64,000 bases of DNA from a virus: the IMG/VR virus record IMGVR_UViG_3300023235_000012, positions 32,001 to 96,000 of that record; one strand, given 5' to 3'. Position numbers and translations under genes: made by a program. Of the stretch, positions 48,110-57,312 are shown one piece after another. Numbering within the stretch: the stretch's first letter is position 1; each line of letters begins with the position of its first letter. The notes beneath the pieces are model-generated. The model did not search any database, was not told the DNA's origin, and worked only from the letters and a program-made list of their open reading frames with translations.

Positions 48110-48289
48110 TTACTTCTTTTCATTCTTTGCTGCTTGAATTTCTTTACGACGAACGTCTGCTAGCTTCTTAATTTCCATCAAAGCTTTTCGTGCACGTGTT
48201 CCAGCAGCGCTGTTCTTTTTGTCTTCAAATTTCTCGTTTTCTGCTAGAAAGAGTTCAACTTGTTCTGCTAGTTGTGTCGTGGTTGTCAT
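48110..48289 (-). CDS. histone H1-like Hc1-family protein (59 aa, below cutoff)
   Basis: Hand translation ...ENEKFEDKKNSAAGTRARKALMEIKKLADVRRKEIQ; SD AGGAG. Confidence 0.75.
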   Translation of the reverse strand: MTTTTQLAEQVELFLAENEKFEDKKNSAAGTRARKALMEIKKLADVRRKEIQAAKNEKK

Positions 48290-48290
48290 G

Positions 48291-48689
48291 TTATCTCCTT
48301 TTGATTATTTGGACCTCAACTGGGCCTCTTGGTTTTCGTGAGATTTGAGGTTTCTTTCTGTTTCTTCTATTGTATTCGTTCCTAATTTTTCTCTCGTCAA
48401 TTTGACTTATCGGTAGAATAATCCCTATCGTTTTAAGATCATTCATCGCTTGTTCGTATGGTTGAAGTTTAAATAATGTTCTAACCCATCCTGTCACGTT
48501 CAAAAGATCTGTACGATTAACATTTAAAGTTAATGCATTATTCAATTTCTTTCTTTCGAAAAACTTAGCAATTATGATTATTTCACTTGTTAATAAACCT
48601 TCTCTGTTTTTCCTCTTTTCGATAGCTCCCAGATGATTTAGATACTTATTTTTCTTTTTTGCGTCTGGATCTAAAAATCTAATTTCCAT
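48291..48689 (-). CDS. basic hypothetical protein
   Basis: ORF with SD. Confidence 0.6.
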   Translation of the reverse strand: MEIRFLDPDAKKKNKYLNHLGAIEKRKNREGLLTSEIIIIAKFFERKKLNNALTLNVNRTDLLNVTGWVRTLFKLQPYEQAMNDLKTIGIILPISQIDERKIRNEYNRRNRKKPQISRKPRGPVEVQIIKRR

Positions 48690-48724
48690 TTTTCTTCCTA
48701 TTTTTATTCCTATTTCTACTCTAT

Positions 48725-49186
48725 TTATATGGAAGCATCTTCGATCCCAGCCGAGCGAAGACGAATAATATTATTCAATTGGAAACCTTTAGCTTCAAAT
48801 CCTTTGGTAAGAGCCAAGAATTTATTTCGGATCAAAGCTACCTCATTTAGTAATATCTGAAGTTCGACAATTTCTGCTTCGCCGTCGATATATTTGTCAA
48901 TATCTCTAGACGTCAATTGTCTTTTATAATTCTCTAAATATTTCTTATAAAGAGAAGATCTTTCTCTTCTGAGATCAATGTTTAAGAATTCGAGAACAGC
49001 TTCGATCTCTTGTAATTGACGATAGCGGTATTCAAATTCACCTGGCAATCTAGCTGAATTATCTTCAATACGTCCTTCAAGTTTTACTTCCTTGGTTGCA
49101 TCTTGATATTCTTTTTCAAAATACTCCACAAAGGGAAGAATATTATTGTAAGACTCCTGAATTTTATAAACCCAGCCTGACATCAA
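48725..49186 (-). CDS. uvsY: recombination mediator UvsY
   Basis: LQEIEAVL, Y.R.LTSRDIDKYIDGE, K.FQL.NI..LR.AG.ED; next to uvsX. Confidence 0.85.
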   Translation of the reverse strand: MMSGWVYKIQESYNNILPFVEYFEKEYQDATKEVKLEGRIEDNSARLPGEFEYRYRQLQEIEAVLEFLNIDLRRERSSLYKKYLENYKRQLTSRDIDKYIDGEAEIVELQILLNEVALIRNKFLALTKGFEAKGFQLNNIIRLRSAGIEDASI

Positions 49187-49410
49187 TAATCCACGTCATA
49201 TTCGTCATCGGGATCTTCTTCTATCTTCGTTTTTTCTTCTATGGCTTCATCTAGAAAGCTACAGCGTCCATGAACTTCTTCAAAACGACTCACATCAATT
49301 CCACAATCCTCAAATATTTCAACAAATCGAAAAGCAGCTTCTTCAAGCTCTTTATCGGTAGTATGTGCCATAAAAAGCTGCCAAAGATCAATAAACAATT
49401 CTTCTTGCAT
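49183..49410 (-). CDS. acidic hypothetical protein
   Basis: Coupled between uvsX and uvsY. Confidence 0.65.
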   Translation of the reverse strand: MQEELFIDLWQLFMAHTTDKELEEAAFRFVEIFEDCGIDVSRFEEVHGRCSFLDEAIEEKTKIEEDPDDEYDVDY

Positions 49411-50489
49411 TATTCCTCCAAAACTTCACCGGTTTCCGGATCGATTTCTTCTGTTTGTTTAACTTCTGGTTCATCATATCCAGCCATCATTTTGTCAAAA
49501 ATTTCAGGTCCATAATTCTTGCGGAAATCTTTAAATTCAGTACCATCTGGACTATTGTACTTATACCGATTTCCTTCTTTGATAATCAGACCTTTCTTCT
49601 CAAACAAATCGAACAAACCCGAATATGGATCCATTCCTGTTTCCCAAGGAATTCTGATTTCAATCTTCTCAAAGGGTTTCGCATAACGAGACTTTCTAAC
49701 TTGTGTCGATGCGCGGATACCAGTAACGTTTGTTACCTTGTTTCCATTTGCATCTTCCTTTAGCTTTAATTTTTCAAGTGCAACGATGATTGAACTTGCA
49801 AATTCAATAATCTTCCCACCAGTGATAACTGAATCAGGTCTGAACATGTCCTGTGAATCATATGTATGATTTGTGACCACCAATCCAATGTTCTCCGAGC
49901 CGATAAGAGCAGTGACATTCTTTACCAATGATCCAAGCTGTTTAGCTTTTCGACCCATATCACCTTTCATATCACCTTTCTGAAATTGATCCTGATCGGT
50001 CGGTGTTAATAGCATCCCAATAGAATCAACGACGAAGAGTAGCATTGGTCGATCTTCAAGTGGAAGATTGCCATATTCTCCCTTGTACTCTTTGATAAAA
50101 TCATTGATGAACTTGGCGACATCATCGATAAAACTAGCATTAATCTTCATGATTTTATCAGGACTAGTATCGACTCCTAGTTTTGTAAGCCATTCTTCAT
50201 CTAGAGCGTTTTCACTATCAATGATTACCGGGAAGATGCCTTTCTTTTGTGCATCTTTTACCAAATTTGCTGAGACGATATACGACTTTCCTGAACCCGA
50301 TGATCCGGCAAACATTGTCATCTTTCCTTCAAGAGGAACACCCCCATCCCATCTTCCAGAAATCAGAAAATTAAGGGCATAACTTCCGGTATCTAGCCAG
50401 GTTTTTGGATCATTAAAACCTTCACTAATTCCACCGATCCCCTTAGTTACTGACTTGCGAAATTTTGAAATATCAACTGGTTTTGTGAT
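49410..50489 (-). CDS. uvsX: RecA/UvsX recombinase with probable AUC start
   Basis: GSSGSGKS, IDSENA, VVDS, TNHTY, KSRY; frame open 56 codons above the first ATG (WLDTGSYALNFLISG...GGVP) up to AGGAGG-N5-ATC. Confidence 0.92.
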   Translation of the reverse strand: MTKPVDISKFRKSVTKGIGGISEGFNDPKTWLDTGSYALNFLISGRWDGGVPLEGKMTMFAGSSGSGKSYIVSANLVKDAQKKGIFPVIIDSENALDEEWLTKLGVDTSPDKIMKINASFIDDVAKFINDFIKEYKGEYGNLPLEDRPMLLFVVDSIGMLLTPTDQDQFQKGDMKGDMGRKAKQLGSLVKNVTALIGSENIGLVVTNHTYDSQDMFRPDSVITGGKIIEFASSIIVALEKLKLKEDANGNKVTNVTGIRASTQVRKSRYAKPFEKIEIRIPWETGMDPYSGLFDLFEKKGLIIKEGNRYKYNSPDGTEFKDFRKNYGPEIFDKMMAGYDEPEVKQTEEIDPETGEVLEE

Positions 50490-50561
50490 TATAACCTCCT
50501 TCTGTCTATTGTCAGACAGGTATTACGATAAAGAAAAGATCATTGATCTTTTCTTTTGAAA

Positions 50562-50591
50562 AGATGACAAGGGAATTAACCCCTGCCATCT
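50562..50591 (-). terminator. probable terminator after the SSB gene
   Basis: Imperfect AGATG.CA.GGG/CCC.TG.CATCT hairpin plus T tract on the minus strand. Confidence 0.55.
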
Positions 50592-50595
50592 GATT

Positions 50596-51717
50596 TTATT
50601 TAGATGATTGACGAGCCTTTAATTTCGCGATAAGATCTGCAGTGCTTGCCGATTGTTTTTCGGTCTTCACTTCTTCCTTTACCTCTTCCTTTACCTCTTC
50701 TTTAGGCTCTTCTTTAGGCTTTTCATCGACGTCGAATGGTGGTTCATCGTCGTCAGCTGCCTTTTCTTTTTTGAGCTTGCTTAGCAGATCCTTAGTCTTA
50801 GAATTTTCTGCTTCGGCCTCTGATTCCTGTTCCTTATCAGCGGATTTGTCGGCGCCGTTCGGCTGACTCGATTCGCTGAGATTAACACCAGTTGGCTTAA
50901 AATATTCACCCCAACGATCAGGATCATAAGGTAGGCCAGCAACTGATGCCTGAAACAATTCAATCATTGCTTCAACATGTGCATCATCTGGACGATTCGG
51001 AATAAAATCACTAAGATTAGACAAACCAAATTTCTCAATAGCTTCGAGCTCTTCGACTGTTAGAGCATCTTCTTCGAACGACCACTGACTAGCATCGTAA
51101 TTGTTATGCTCGCCTTTCTTACGCATATGGATTTCAAAGTCTCTACCATGCTCATAATCCGTAGGAGAGTATCTCATCTTTGGATTCATGATGATTGCTC
51201 TGATAGTTTCGTAAATACCAGGACTCATAATAAACCGACGAATTGGATTTTCTGGTGAAGTGGACTCTGCAATATTTCCTTTCTTATCAAGAAAACCTGG
51301 ATGCTTTCTAACTAATCCTTGATAAATATAAGAAATTCTTTTCTTGTAAGTTCGGTATTCTTCGAATCGGTTTTCTTCCCACCAAGGACCAATCTCTTTC
51401 TGGATCGGATCGATATTCTTATCAAAAACGTTCAAGTCAGGGACTACAACTTCAACTGTTGATCGATTACCAATATCAAATCCTTTCACTGCCGTGAATG
51501 GAAGTTTACGAATTGATCGTTCTTGCCAAAAGAATGGGTTTGATTCGTTACCATCTGGTAAAAACCTTAGGATAGCTTTGGAATCAATTGGGATCGCCCA
51601 ATGCGGATAAACTGGTCCATCACCCGGTAATTGGTTGTTAGAATTATTTCCACGATTTTGATTTTTTTCCTCTTCTTGAGCGAGAAGAGCGCGCATTTTT
51701 TCCATGTTTAGTGCCAT
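50596..51717 (-). CDS. single-stranded DNA-binding protein (gp32-like)
   Basis: YPHW, LRFLPDGN..N.FFW, PENPIRRF, PTDY..G.DF, acidic tail. Confidence 0.88.
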   Translation of the reverse strand: MALNMEKMRALLAQEEEKNQNRGNNSNNQLPGDGPVYPHWAIPIDSKAILRFLPDGNESNPFFWQERSIRKLPFTAVKGFDIGNRSTVEVVVPDLNVFDKNIDPIQKEIGPWWEENRFEEYRTYKKRISYIYQGLVRKHPGFLDKKGNIAESTSPENPIRRFIMSPGIYETIRAIIMNPKMRYSPTDYEHGRDFEIHMRKKGEHNNYDASQWSFEEDALTVEELEAIEKFGLSNLSDFIPNRPDDAHVEAMIELFQASVAGLPYDPDRWGEYFKPTGVNLSESSQPNGADKSADKEQESEAEAENSKTKDLLSKLKKEKAADDDEPPFDVDEKPKEEPKEEVKEEVKEEVKTEKQSASTADLIAKLKARQSSK

Positions 51718-51728
51718 AGTTACTCCTT

Positions 51729-51772
51729 TGTGCCTATAATTGCCTATAATTGCCTAATGTGCCTAAATGCCA
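51729..51772 (-). repeat. five (TA)GGCA repeats just upstream of the SSB SD
   Basis: tgcctataat tgcctataat tgcctaatg tgcctaaa tgcca on the plus strand. Confidence 0.85.
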
Positions 51773-51852
51773 TTGTGAAATTTAACTTCCACAATATTAT
51801 TTAGTCTTTATTCTCATTAGTCTATTCATATTACAATAAAGAGGAGATTTTT

Positions 51853-52134
51853 TCAAATATATTTTACTATATCTACCGAAATAAATTTAGTCTTTTGAAG
51901 GGGATCTGCATGTGCTATTTTGATTTCACTAATAGTCGCTTCGATGTTTTCTTTCCAAAAATCTAAGAATCTATATACTCTAGGAAAAGATGGAACATCA
52001 TCCATTGTCTGCCATATAAATTCTTGTAAAACGCTTGAATGATCTGGCAGCCAATAAAGGATGTCCAATAGGACTAAACGATGATTCGAACGTATCATCC
52101 GTTCAAAATCACTTTGCATTGCATTCATTATCAT
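51853..52134 (-). CDS. Usg-family protein
   Basis: ILYWLPDH...LQ.FIWQ..D..P.FP....FLDFW. Confidence 0.85.
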   Translation of the reverse strand: MIMNAMQSDFERMIRSNHRLVLLDILYWLPDHSSVLQEFIWQTMDDVPSFPRVYRFLDFWKENIEATISEIKIAHADPLQKTKFISVDIVKYI

Positions 52135-52148
52135 ACCCGGCCTCGCAT

Positions 52149-54194
52149 TTACCCTTCTGAGATGAAAGGCTTCATTGCTGTTTCAGTAATGTAAGTTTCT
52201 AATTCCAACAAAGAATCCTGTTCCATCGTCGTCTGTTCTTTGATGTTACCCAACACGCCATCTTTAATCATATTAGCAATAGCTAATTCATGCTTTGCTA
52301 CCTTATCATCGTGGACCAACTTATCGACGATTCTATTGAACAGTGTACTTAAGAAATCATCATTAATTGACATTGCGATCCTATCGATCTGATCTGAGAT
52401 CTTCCCTTGATGCTCTTTCCAAAGCTTACGAACACCGATACCGACCATATAAGCCATTTGTTTTTTATCTTCATTGCTCAAACTATTAGCTACTTTTTTA
52501 AGGACCAAAGCTTTAGCAAGGTCTTCGATTCCGGTTTCCTTTCTTCCAGATTCTCTGTCACCCTTAAGATGCGAAAGCACGTGAGCCACGTTCTTGATCA
52601 TAATAGCATTTTCTTGAACCATCATCTTTGCAAGATATTGAATTCCTTCATGCAAATCAGCGTCTTCATTTAGTCCGAGATCAGCGGCGATGTAAAGTGA
52701 CATTTCGTTGATTCTTTCTTTTCCTATTCTTTTCTGCTTGGTGAATGATTCTTTGAACGCATGATATCCTTTAGGACCAGTCATCTTACCACATTCTTCT
52801 CGCAAAGAACGGACTCGACTTTTTGCCATTTCCAGAAGATTAGCGGGACCATTTGATCGATATTCTTTAATGAAAGAACGGAGAGAACCCGCTTCTCTGC
52901 ATCTTTCCATAATTCTTTTTCCGGTTTTGTCCATAGCAGAGCCGCCTTCGTTGAGATGCCTACACATCGCTTTACCGCCCATCAAATAATTTTCTGGGAT
53001 ACGGAACCTCTCTCCCCTAGCTTCAACGTACATTTCTTTGATATTGCGAGAACGAGCTCCTCGTTTTTCTTCGTCGATCATCTTCTCGTGGACAACCACC
53101 AGACGAGCTTCTTCCAAGCTGTAATACGATCTCTTAGAATTTCCCGACATCGATTCCATTATTCCATCTTCCTCTTCGAAAAATTCAGGACCCCAAGCAT
53201 GTGATCCGATGTCGTTCTCTTCAATATCATCAGTCAATAAACCCATTGAATCGAGTCGATGGAAGATCCATTCTGCTGGGTCACCATCATCACCATTTGC
53301 GATACCATAAGGCATATCACCGCCGTGTACAAAATAAGCGTAGAGGTCTTGAAATACTTCAGTATCACTTTCAAGGTCTTGATCGTGTATCGTCTGCATT
53401 TGATGCTTATCAAGAATAGCTTTCACTTGGTCGTCTTGAAACATTGAATCAGTGCTGTCTTCATGGACATAATCTTCTCGACCGTATTCTTCATTATCGC
53501 TATTTTCTAACTCTTCATAATATTCTTTATCTGCCATACCATCCTCATCGACTTCAATATCACTGGCATGAAAATTACCAGTTTGACCATTTGCGAAACG
53601 AACAAATACCTGTTCAACTTCTCCTTGTCTATTTTTATGGAACCCAGTTACTTCAGCTGGTCTTCCACCATGAATCATTGCTTGAGAAATCCGAACAATT
53701 TCTCCTTCTTCTGGAACATAGTCTTCAGATTTTTCATCGTCCCAATTCTGGAAACCTTCTTCGTTATTTTCTTCTATTCCAGAAAGTTTTGCTAATCTTT
53801 CAATTGATTCATCCATTTGATCTTCCTCTATTTCTCTGGCAGTCATATCACTAAATTTTTTTTGCATTTCTGAACGAGCGAAATCCTTTACTGTAAGACC
53901 TACACCGAAAAGGTTGCAGACCTTTCTGATTCGTCCGATGATCTTAATCATCTTATCTTTATCGAGATCTTGATTTTTCCAGAAGAAAATTTCTTCATTC
54001 CGTACGCCATTCTTTGCTTCGCCCCGAACCGACAATCGAATGATGATATCATCTGGTTCAACGTAAATCCATTTGGCCCTTGTTGGAGTAGCTGTTGAAT
54101 TTCCTTCTTGGTCATATATCTTCAAGGTATAATCGTAAGATGGGGCCGCCAATATTTCGTAAATTTCAGAAGCTAGGCGGTTATATGAAATCAT
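52149..54194 (-). CDS. large conserved phage protein, possibly head-associated
   Basis: GARSRNI..MYVE..GERF motif; divergent from terL behind TAAATA; SD GGAG before ATG 54194. Confidence 0.65.
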   Translation of the reverse strand: MISYNRLASEIYEILAAPSYDYTLKIYDQEGNSTATPTRAKWIYVEPDDIIIRLSVRGEAKNGVRNEEIFFWKNQDLDKDKMIKIIGRIRKVCNLFGVGLTVKDFARSEMQKKFSDMTAREIEEDQMDESIERLAKLSGIEENNEEGFQNWDDEKSEDYVPEEGEIVRISQAMIHGGRPAEVTGFHKNRQGEVEQVFVRFANGQTGNFHASDIEVDEDGMADKEYYEELENSDNEEYGREDYVHEDSTDSMFQDDQVKAILDKHQMQTIHDQDLESDTEVFQDLYAYFVHGGDMPYGIANGDDGDPAEWIFHRLDSMGLLTDDIEENDIGSHAWGPEFFEEEDGIMESMSGNSKRSYYSLEEARLVVVHEKMIDEEKRGARSRNIKEMYVEARGERFRIPENYLMGGKAMCRHLNEGGSAMDKTGKRIMERCREAGSLRSFIKEYRSNGPANLLEMAKSRVRSLREECGKMTGPKGYHAFKESFTKQKRIGKERINEMSLYIAADLGLNEDADLHEGIQYLAKMMVQENAIMIKNVAHVLSHLKGDRESGRKETGIEDLAKALVLKKVANSLSNEDKKQMAYMVGIGVRKLWKEHQGKISDQIDRIAMSINDDFLSTLFNRIVDKLVHDDKVAKHELAIANMIKDGVLGNIKEQTTMEQDSLLELETYITETAMKPFISEG

Positions 54195-54244
54195 TTTTGA
54201 GCTCCAAGCATTGTTCTTTGTTTTATTTATTGATAAATAAGAGT

Positions 54245-55882
54245 ATGACAATTAAGAAACCGGGAATTCACTCAAAATATCTGAAGATACCTAATGGAGC
54301 GTATAAAAAATCGTCAATTAGGATTACATATAATGATGCGATGAAAATAGAACTCAAGAAATGCAAAAGCGATCCTGAGTATTTCCTTCGGAACTATTAT
54401 TACATTCAGACCATGGTTGGAAAGCAAGGCAAATCTTCCCGTGAACTTTTCCAACCATTTTCATATCAGATTGAGATGATTGCGAATTTTCTCAATTTCA
54501 ACGATAATATCGCCATGCTTGCTAGACAGATGGGAAAAACAACTGTTGTAGGTGGATTGATCCTCTGGTTTACTATGTTCCACAAAGATGAAACCGTCTT
54601 GATTTGTGCTAATAATCAATTGCAGGCTCTTGAAATTATGGAAAGAATTCAGTTTGGATATGAAAATTGCCCGGACTTTATTCGAGCCGCCGTTAGAACC
54701 GACGGATATGCTAAAGGTCATGTCCTCTTTACTAATGGATCACGGGTTGTTTCTCGTGCAACCGGACCTCATTCTGGTCGTGGTTTGTCTATTTCTCTTC
54801 TTTACGTTGATGAGTTCGCAGCCATCCACCCAAATATGCAAGCCGATTTCTGGGCGGCGATTTCACAGACATTGGCAACAGGTGGTCGATCGTTTATAAC
54901 TTCGACACCGTACACAGAATATGATACTTTCGCTAGTCTTTGGCGGGGATCTACACGATATACTGACGAGGACGGAAAACCGTTGGATCCAAAGGGACCT
55001 GGCTACAACGAATTCAAATCGATTAAGGCGACCTGGAAAGCTCATCCATTTAGAGATAAAGAATGGGAACGTCGACAACGTGCTAAAATGAATGATGACC
55101 AGAAATTCGAACGAGAGCAGCTATGTGAATTCGTTGGATATTCTGAAACCTTGATTGACGGGATGATCCTGAAAACGATCATGGAAGAGGTTGATCAGGT
55201 TCGTCCTCTTGAAGCTATGGGCGAGGTCACTTGGTGGAAGAAACCCAAAGGAGGAAATACTTACATTATTGGATATGATCCTTCTCTCGGGACTGGTGGT
55301 GATTTCGCCGCCATTCAGATTTTTGAGCTTCCCGGTATGGAACAAGTAGCTGAATGGCAGTCCAGAATTTTGGGGATTCCTGACCAGGTGCGCGTCATGA
55401 GACAGATCCTAACGATCATTGATCAAGAAATGAGAAAAGACGGTGACACTAATCCTGAGATTTATTGGTCTGTAGAGAACAATACGATAGGCGAAGCTGC
55501 GTTGGTAATCATCGACGAAATCGGAGAGGATAATTTTGACGGTTCTTTTTTGACTGAACCAAGAAAGACAAGAGGCAAGCGGATCCGGAAAGGTTTCAAC
55601 ACGACAAATAGAACAAAAGTCGGTGCTTGTTCTCGATTGAAGACGCTCTTAGAGAAAAGAGCAATGAAAATCAATTCAAAGGAATTAGCTCGTCAATTCA
55701 ACTTCTTTGTTGCCGCAGGAACAGGATTCAAAGCTAAGCTTGGAGAACATGATGATTTGGTTATGGCAGTGATTCTGATAATTCGGATGCTTGATCAAGT
55801 CATGTGGTATGATGAATCGAAAAGTAGTGACTTACGGGAAGTTGCAGAAGAACAAAATATTCCACCGATGGGGATTTTCTAA
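54245..55882 (+). CDS. terL: terminase large subunit (T4 gp17-like)
   Basis: ARQMGKT, LLYVDEFA, TSTP, GYDPSLG..GD, HDDLVMA; start placed at ATG after TAAATA. Confidence 0.95.
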   Translation: MTIKKPGIHSKYLKIPNGAYKKSSIRITYNDAMKIELKKCKSDPEYFLRNYYYIQTMVGKQGKSSRELFQPFSYQIEMIANFLNFNDNIAMLARQMGKTTVVGGLILWFTMFHKDETVLICANNQLQALEIMERIQFGYENCPDFIRAAVRTDGYAKGHVLFTNGSRVVSRATGPHSGRGLSISLLYVDEFAAIHPNMQADFWAAISQTLATGGRSFITSTPYTEYDTFASLWRGSTRYTDEDGKPLDPKGPGYNEFKSIKATWKAHPFRDKEWERRQRAKMNDDQKFEREQLCEFVGYSETLIDGMILKTIMEEVDQVRPLEAMGEVTWWKKPKGGNTYIIGYDPSLGTGGDFAAIQIFELPGMEQVAEWQSRILGIPDQVRVMRQILTIIDQEMRKDGDTNPEIYWSVENNTIGEAALVIIDEIGEDNFDGSFLTEPRKTRGKRIRKGFNTTNRTKVGACSRLKTLLEKRAMKINSKELARQFNFFVAAGTGFKAKLGEHDDLVMAVILIIRMLDQVMWYDESKSSDLREVAEEQNIPPMGIF

Positions 55883-55887
55883 TCTAC

Positions 55888-56091
55888 TTAACTCTTCGTA
55901 AATGCTCCTCCATCTATTCGATTTGAAGGATCAACCTTTTCTACTTCGATAGTCTTTAGCACTATCAACTTGCTGATTTCAATTGCGATAGACGTTGCTT
56001 CTTCGGTCGTTAATCTAAATTCCTTTGATTTAGTACCACGAGCTCTCTGAACCCTACTAATAAAATTTTCTAGAGATGGATAGGAACTCAT
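55888..56091 (-). CDS. conserved small hypothetical protein (ends DGG.F)
   Basis: FI.RV......SKE.RL...EA...IDGGAF. Confidence 0.65.
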   Translation of the reverse strand: MSSYPSLENFISRVQRARGTKSKEFRLTTEEATSIAIEISKLIVLKTIEVEKVDPSNRIDGGAFTKS

Positions 56092-56190
56092 GCTTTAGCT
56101 CTTTCAAACTCTTTAGTCAGAGTAGAAATTATTCTACCAAATTTCTCAAGTTCGTTTAAACAGTGGTCTAGATCAACAATTTTCTTTGTG

Positions 56191-56673
56191 TTAAATAGAT
56201 TCATCATCATCCCTAATTTGTTGGTTTTTGATTTTTACTGATGCCTCTGCTTCCATCTTAGTCTTAAAAGGACCGACAAAATCGTTCCCTTCTAATGAAC
56301 CCGGTTTGGGACAGAGGAAAGTAATAAATCCTCTAGTAAATCTGATTCCCCACCATCCTGCAATCCACCTAACTGATGAATTGGGACTAGCTTTGTAAGT
56401 GATCAACTCACCTTTTTCAATGTCAAATATTTCAACATGACGGCAAGGATACCCATTAATATCGATATCTGATTGACCTTTATTTTCTATGGGCTTAATA
56501 AAATGGATAGAACCGCCGAGAAGATCTTCCAGTGATTCTAAATTAGGAAATTCATTCTGTGTATCCGATGTGATTAATTCTACGCCTAGATCTTTCTTCA
56601 ATAACAACCCGAAACGATCTCCTGCATCGGTCATCAATATAAAAGAGGATTCAGTTAACGGTTTAGCTTGCAT
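56191..56673 (-). CDS. conserved hypothetical protein
   Basis: GYP...S....AGW...CPK...L......GPFKT; SD AGGAG before MQAKP. Confidence 0.7.
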   Translation of the reverse strand: MQAKPLTESSFILMTDAGDRFGLLLKKDLGVELITSDTQNEFPNLESLEDLLGGSIHFIKPIENKGQSDIDINGYPCRHVEIFDIEKGELITYKASPNSSVRWIAGWWGIRFTRGFITFLCPKPGSLEGNDFVGPFKTKMEAEASVKIKNQQIRDDDESI

Positions 56674-56799
56674 CAACACTCCTTTTCTCATTATTTACTC
56701 CATTAGAACTCTGATGTTTTATCTTCGACATTTTGGATTCTTGAAAATTAGAAAATAATTCAGTAATCGATTCTCAATAGTCTAATGAAGAACTAATGT

Positions 56800-57312
56800 T
56801 CATCTATGTAAAGTCAATAGAATATTGTAATGTTCCCATGCTGTCTGTAGGCTAGGATTATCTTCTCTAATCTTTTTCTCTTTTTCTCTTTTGTCTTCTT
56901 CTTCTTTCAAATGGTTATATTCTTCAATTTGATTTTTAACATTTTCATCGTTATTTACTATATGATTGATTAGATCGACACCTCTTTTACTAAGGATAAT
57001 AGCATATTCTTTTTGTTTTTTTATTTGTATTTCACATTCATCTTTGAATTCACTTTTTTTTCTGGTAGGTGTAAATATTGATTTCTGAAAATATTTTTCT
57101 CTGAAACCAATAAAAGAGAATTCAGCACAATCGAATCCCAATTCTTCTAATGGGCGTTGAATTGAAGTAAATCCATCTAAACAAACTCCTCGTCTTTTTT
57201 CAGCTAATCTAGTATTCACAAATGGCTCATCAATGTTTTTAATGTTGATCCATTCTTCTCTTTTATTAAGATATTCTTCGTAAGCTTGTTCTTTGCTATA
57301 AATTCCTAGCAT
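56800..57312 (-). CDS. hypothetical protein with C-terminal P-S-L-Q-x-A-W-x-x-Y motif
   Basis: Ends IREDNPSLQTAWEHYNILLTL. Confidence 0.6.
   Translation of the reverse strand: MLGIYSKEQAYEEYLNKREEWINIKNIDEPFVNTRLAEKRRGVCLDGFTSIQRPLEELGFDCAEFSFIGFREKYFQKSIFTPTRKKSEFKDECEIQIKKQKEYAIILSKRGVDLINHIVNNDENVKNQIEEYNHLKEEEDKREKEKKIREDNPSLQTAWEHYNILLTLHR

Noticed and set aside
50669-50720. Short repeats in the SSB gene tail (EEPK/EEVK) and EPEPEP at about 20915-20940
   Set aside because: Ordinary low-complexity coding linkers.
54095-54251. Overlapping N-terminal extensions of terL and the divergent 700-aa ORF
   Set aside because: Better starts at 54245 and 54194 flank paired TAAATA promoters and remove the overlap.
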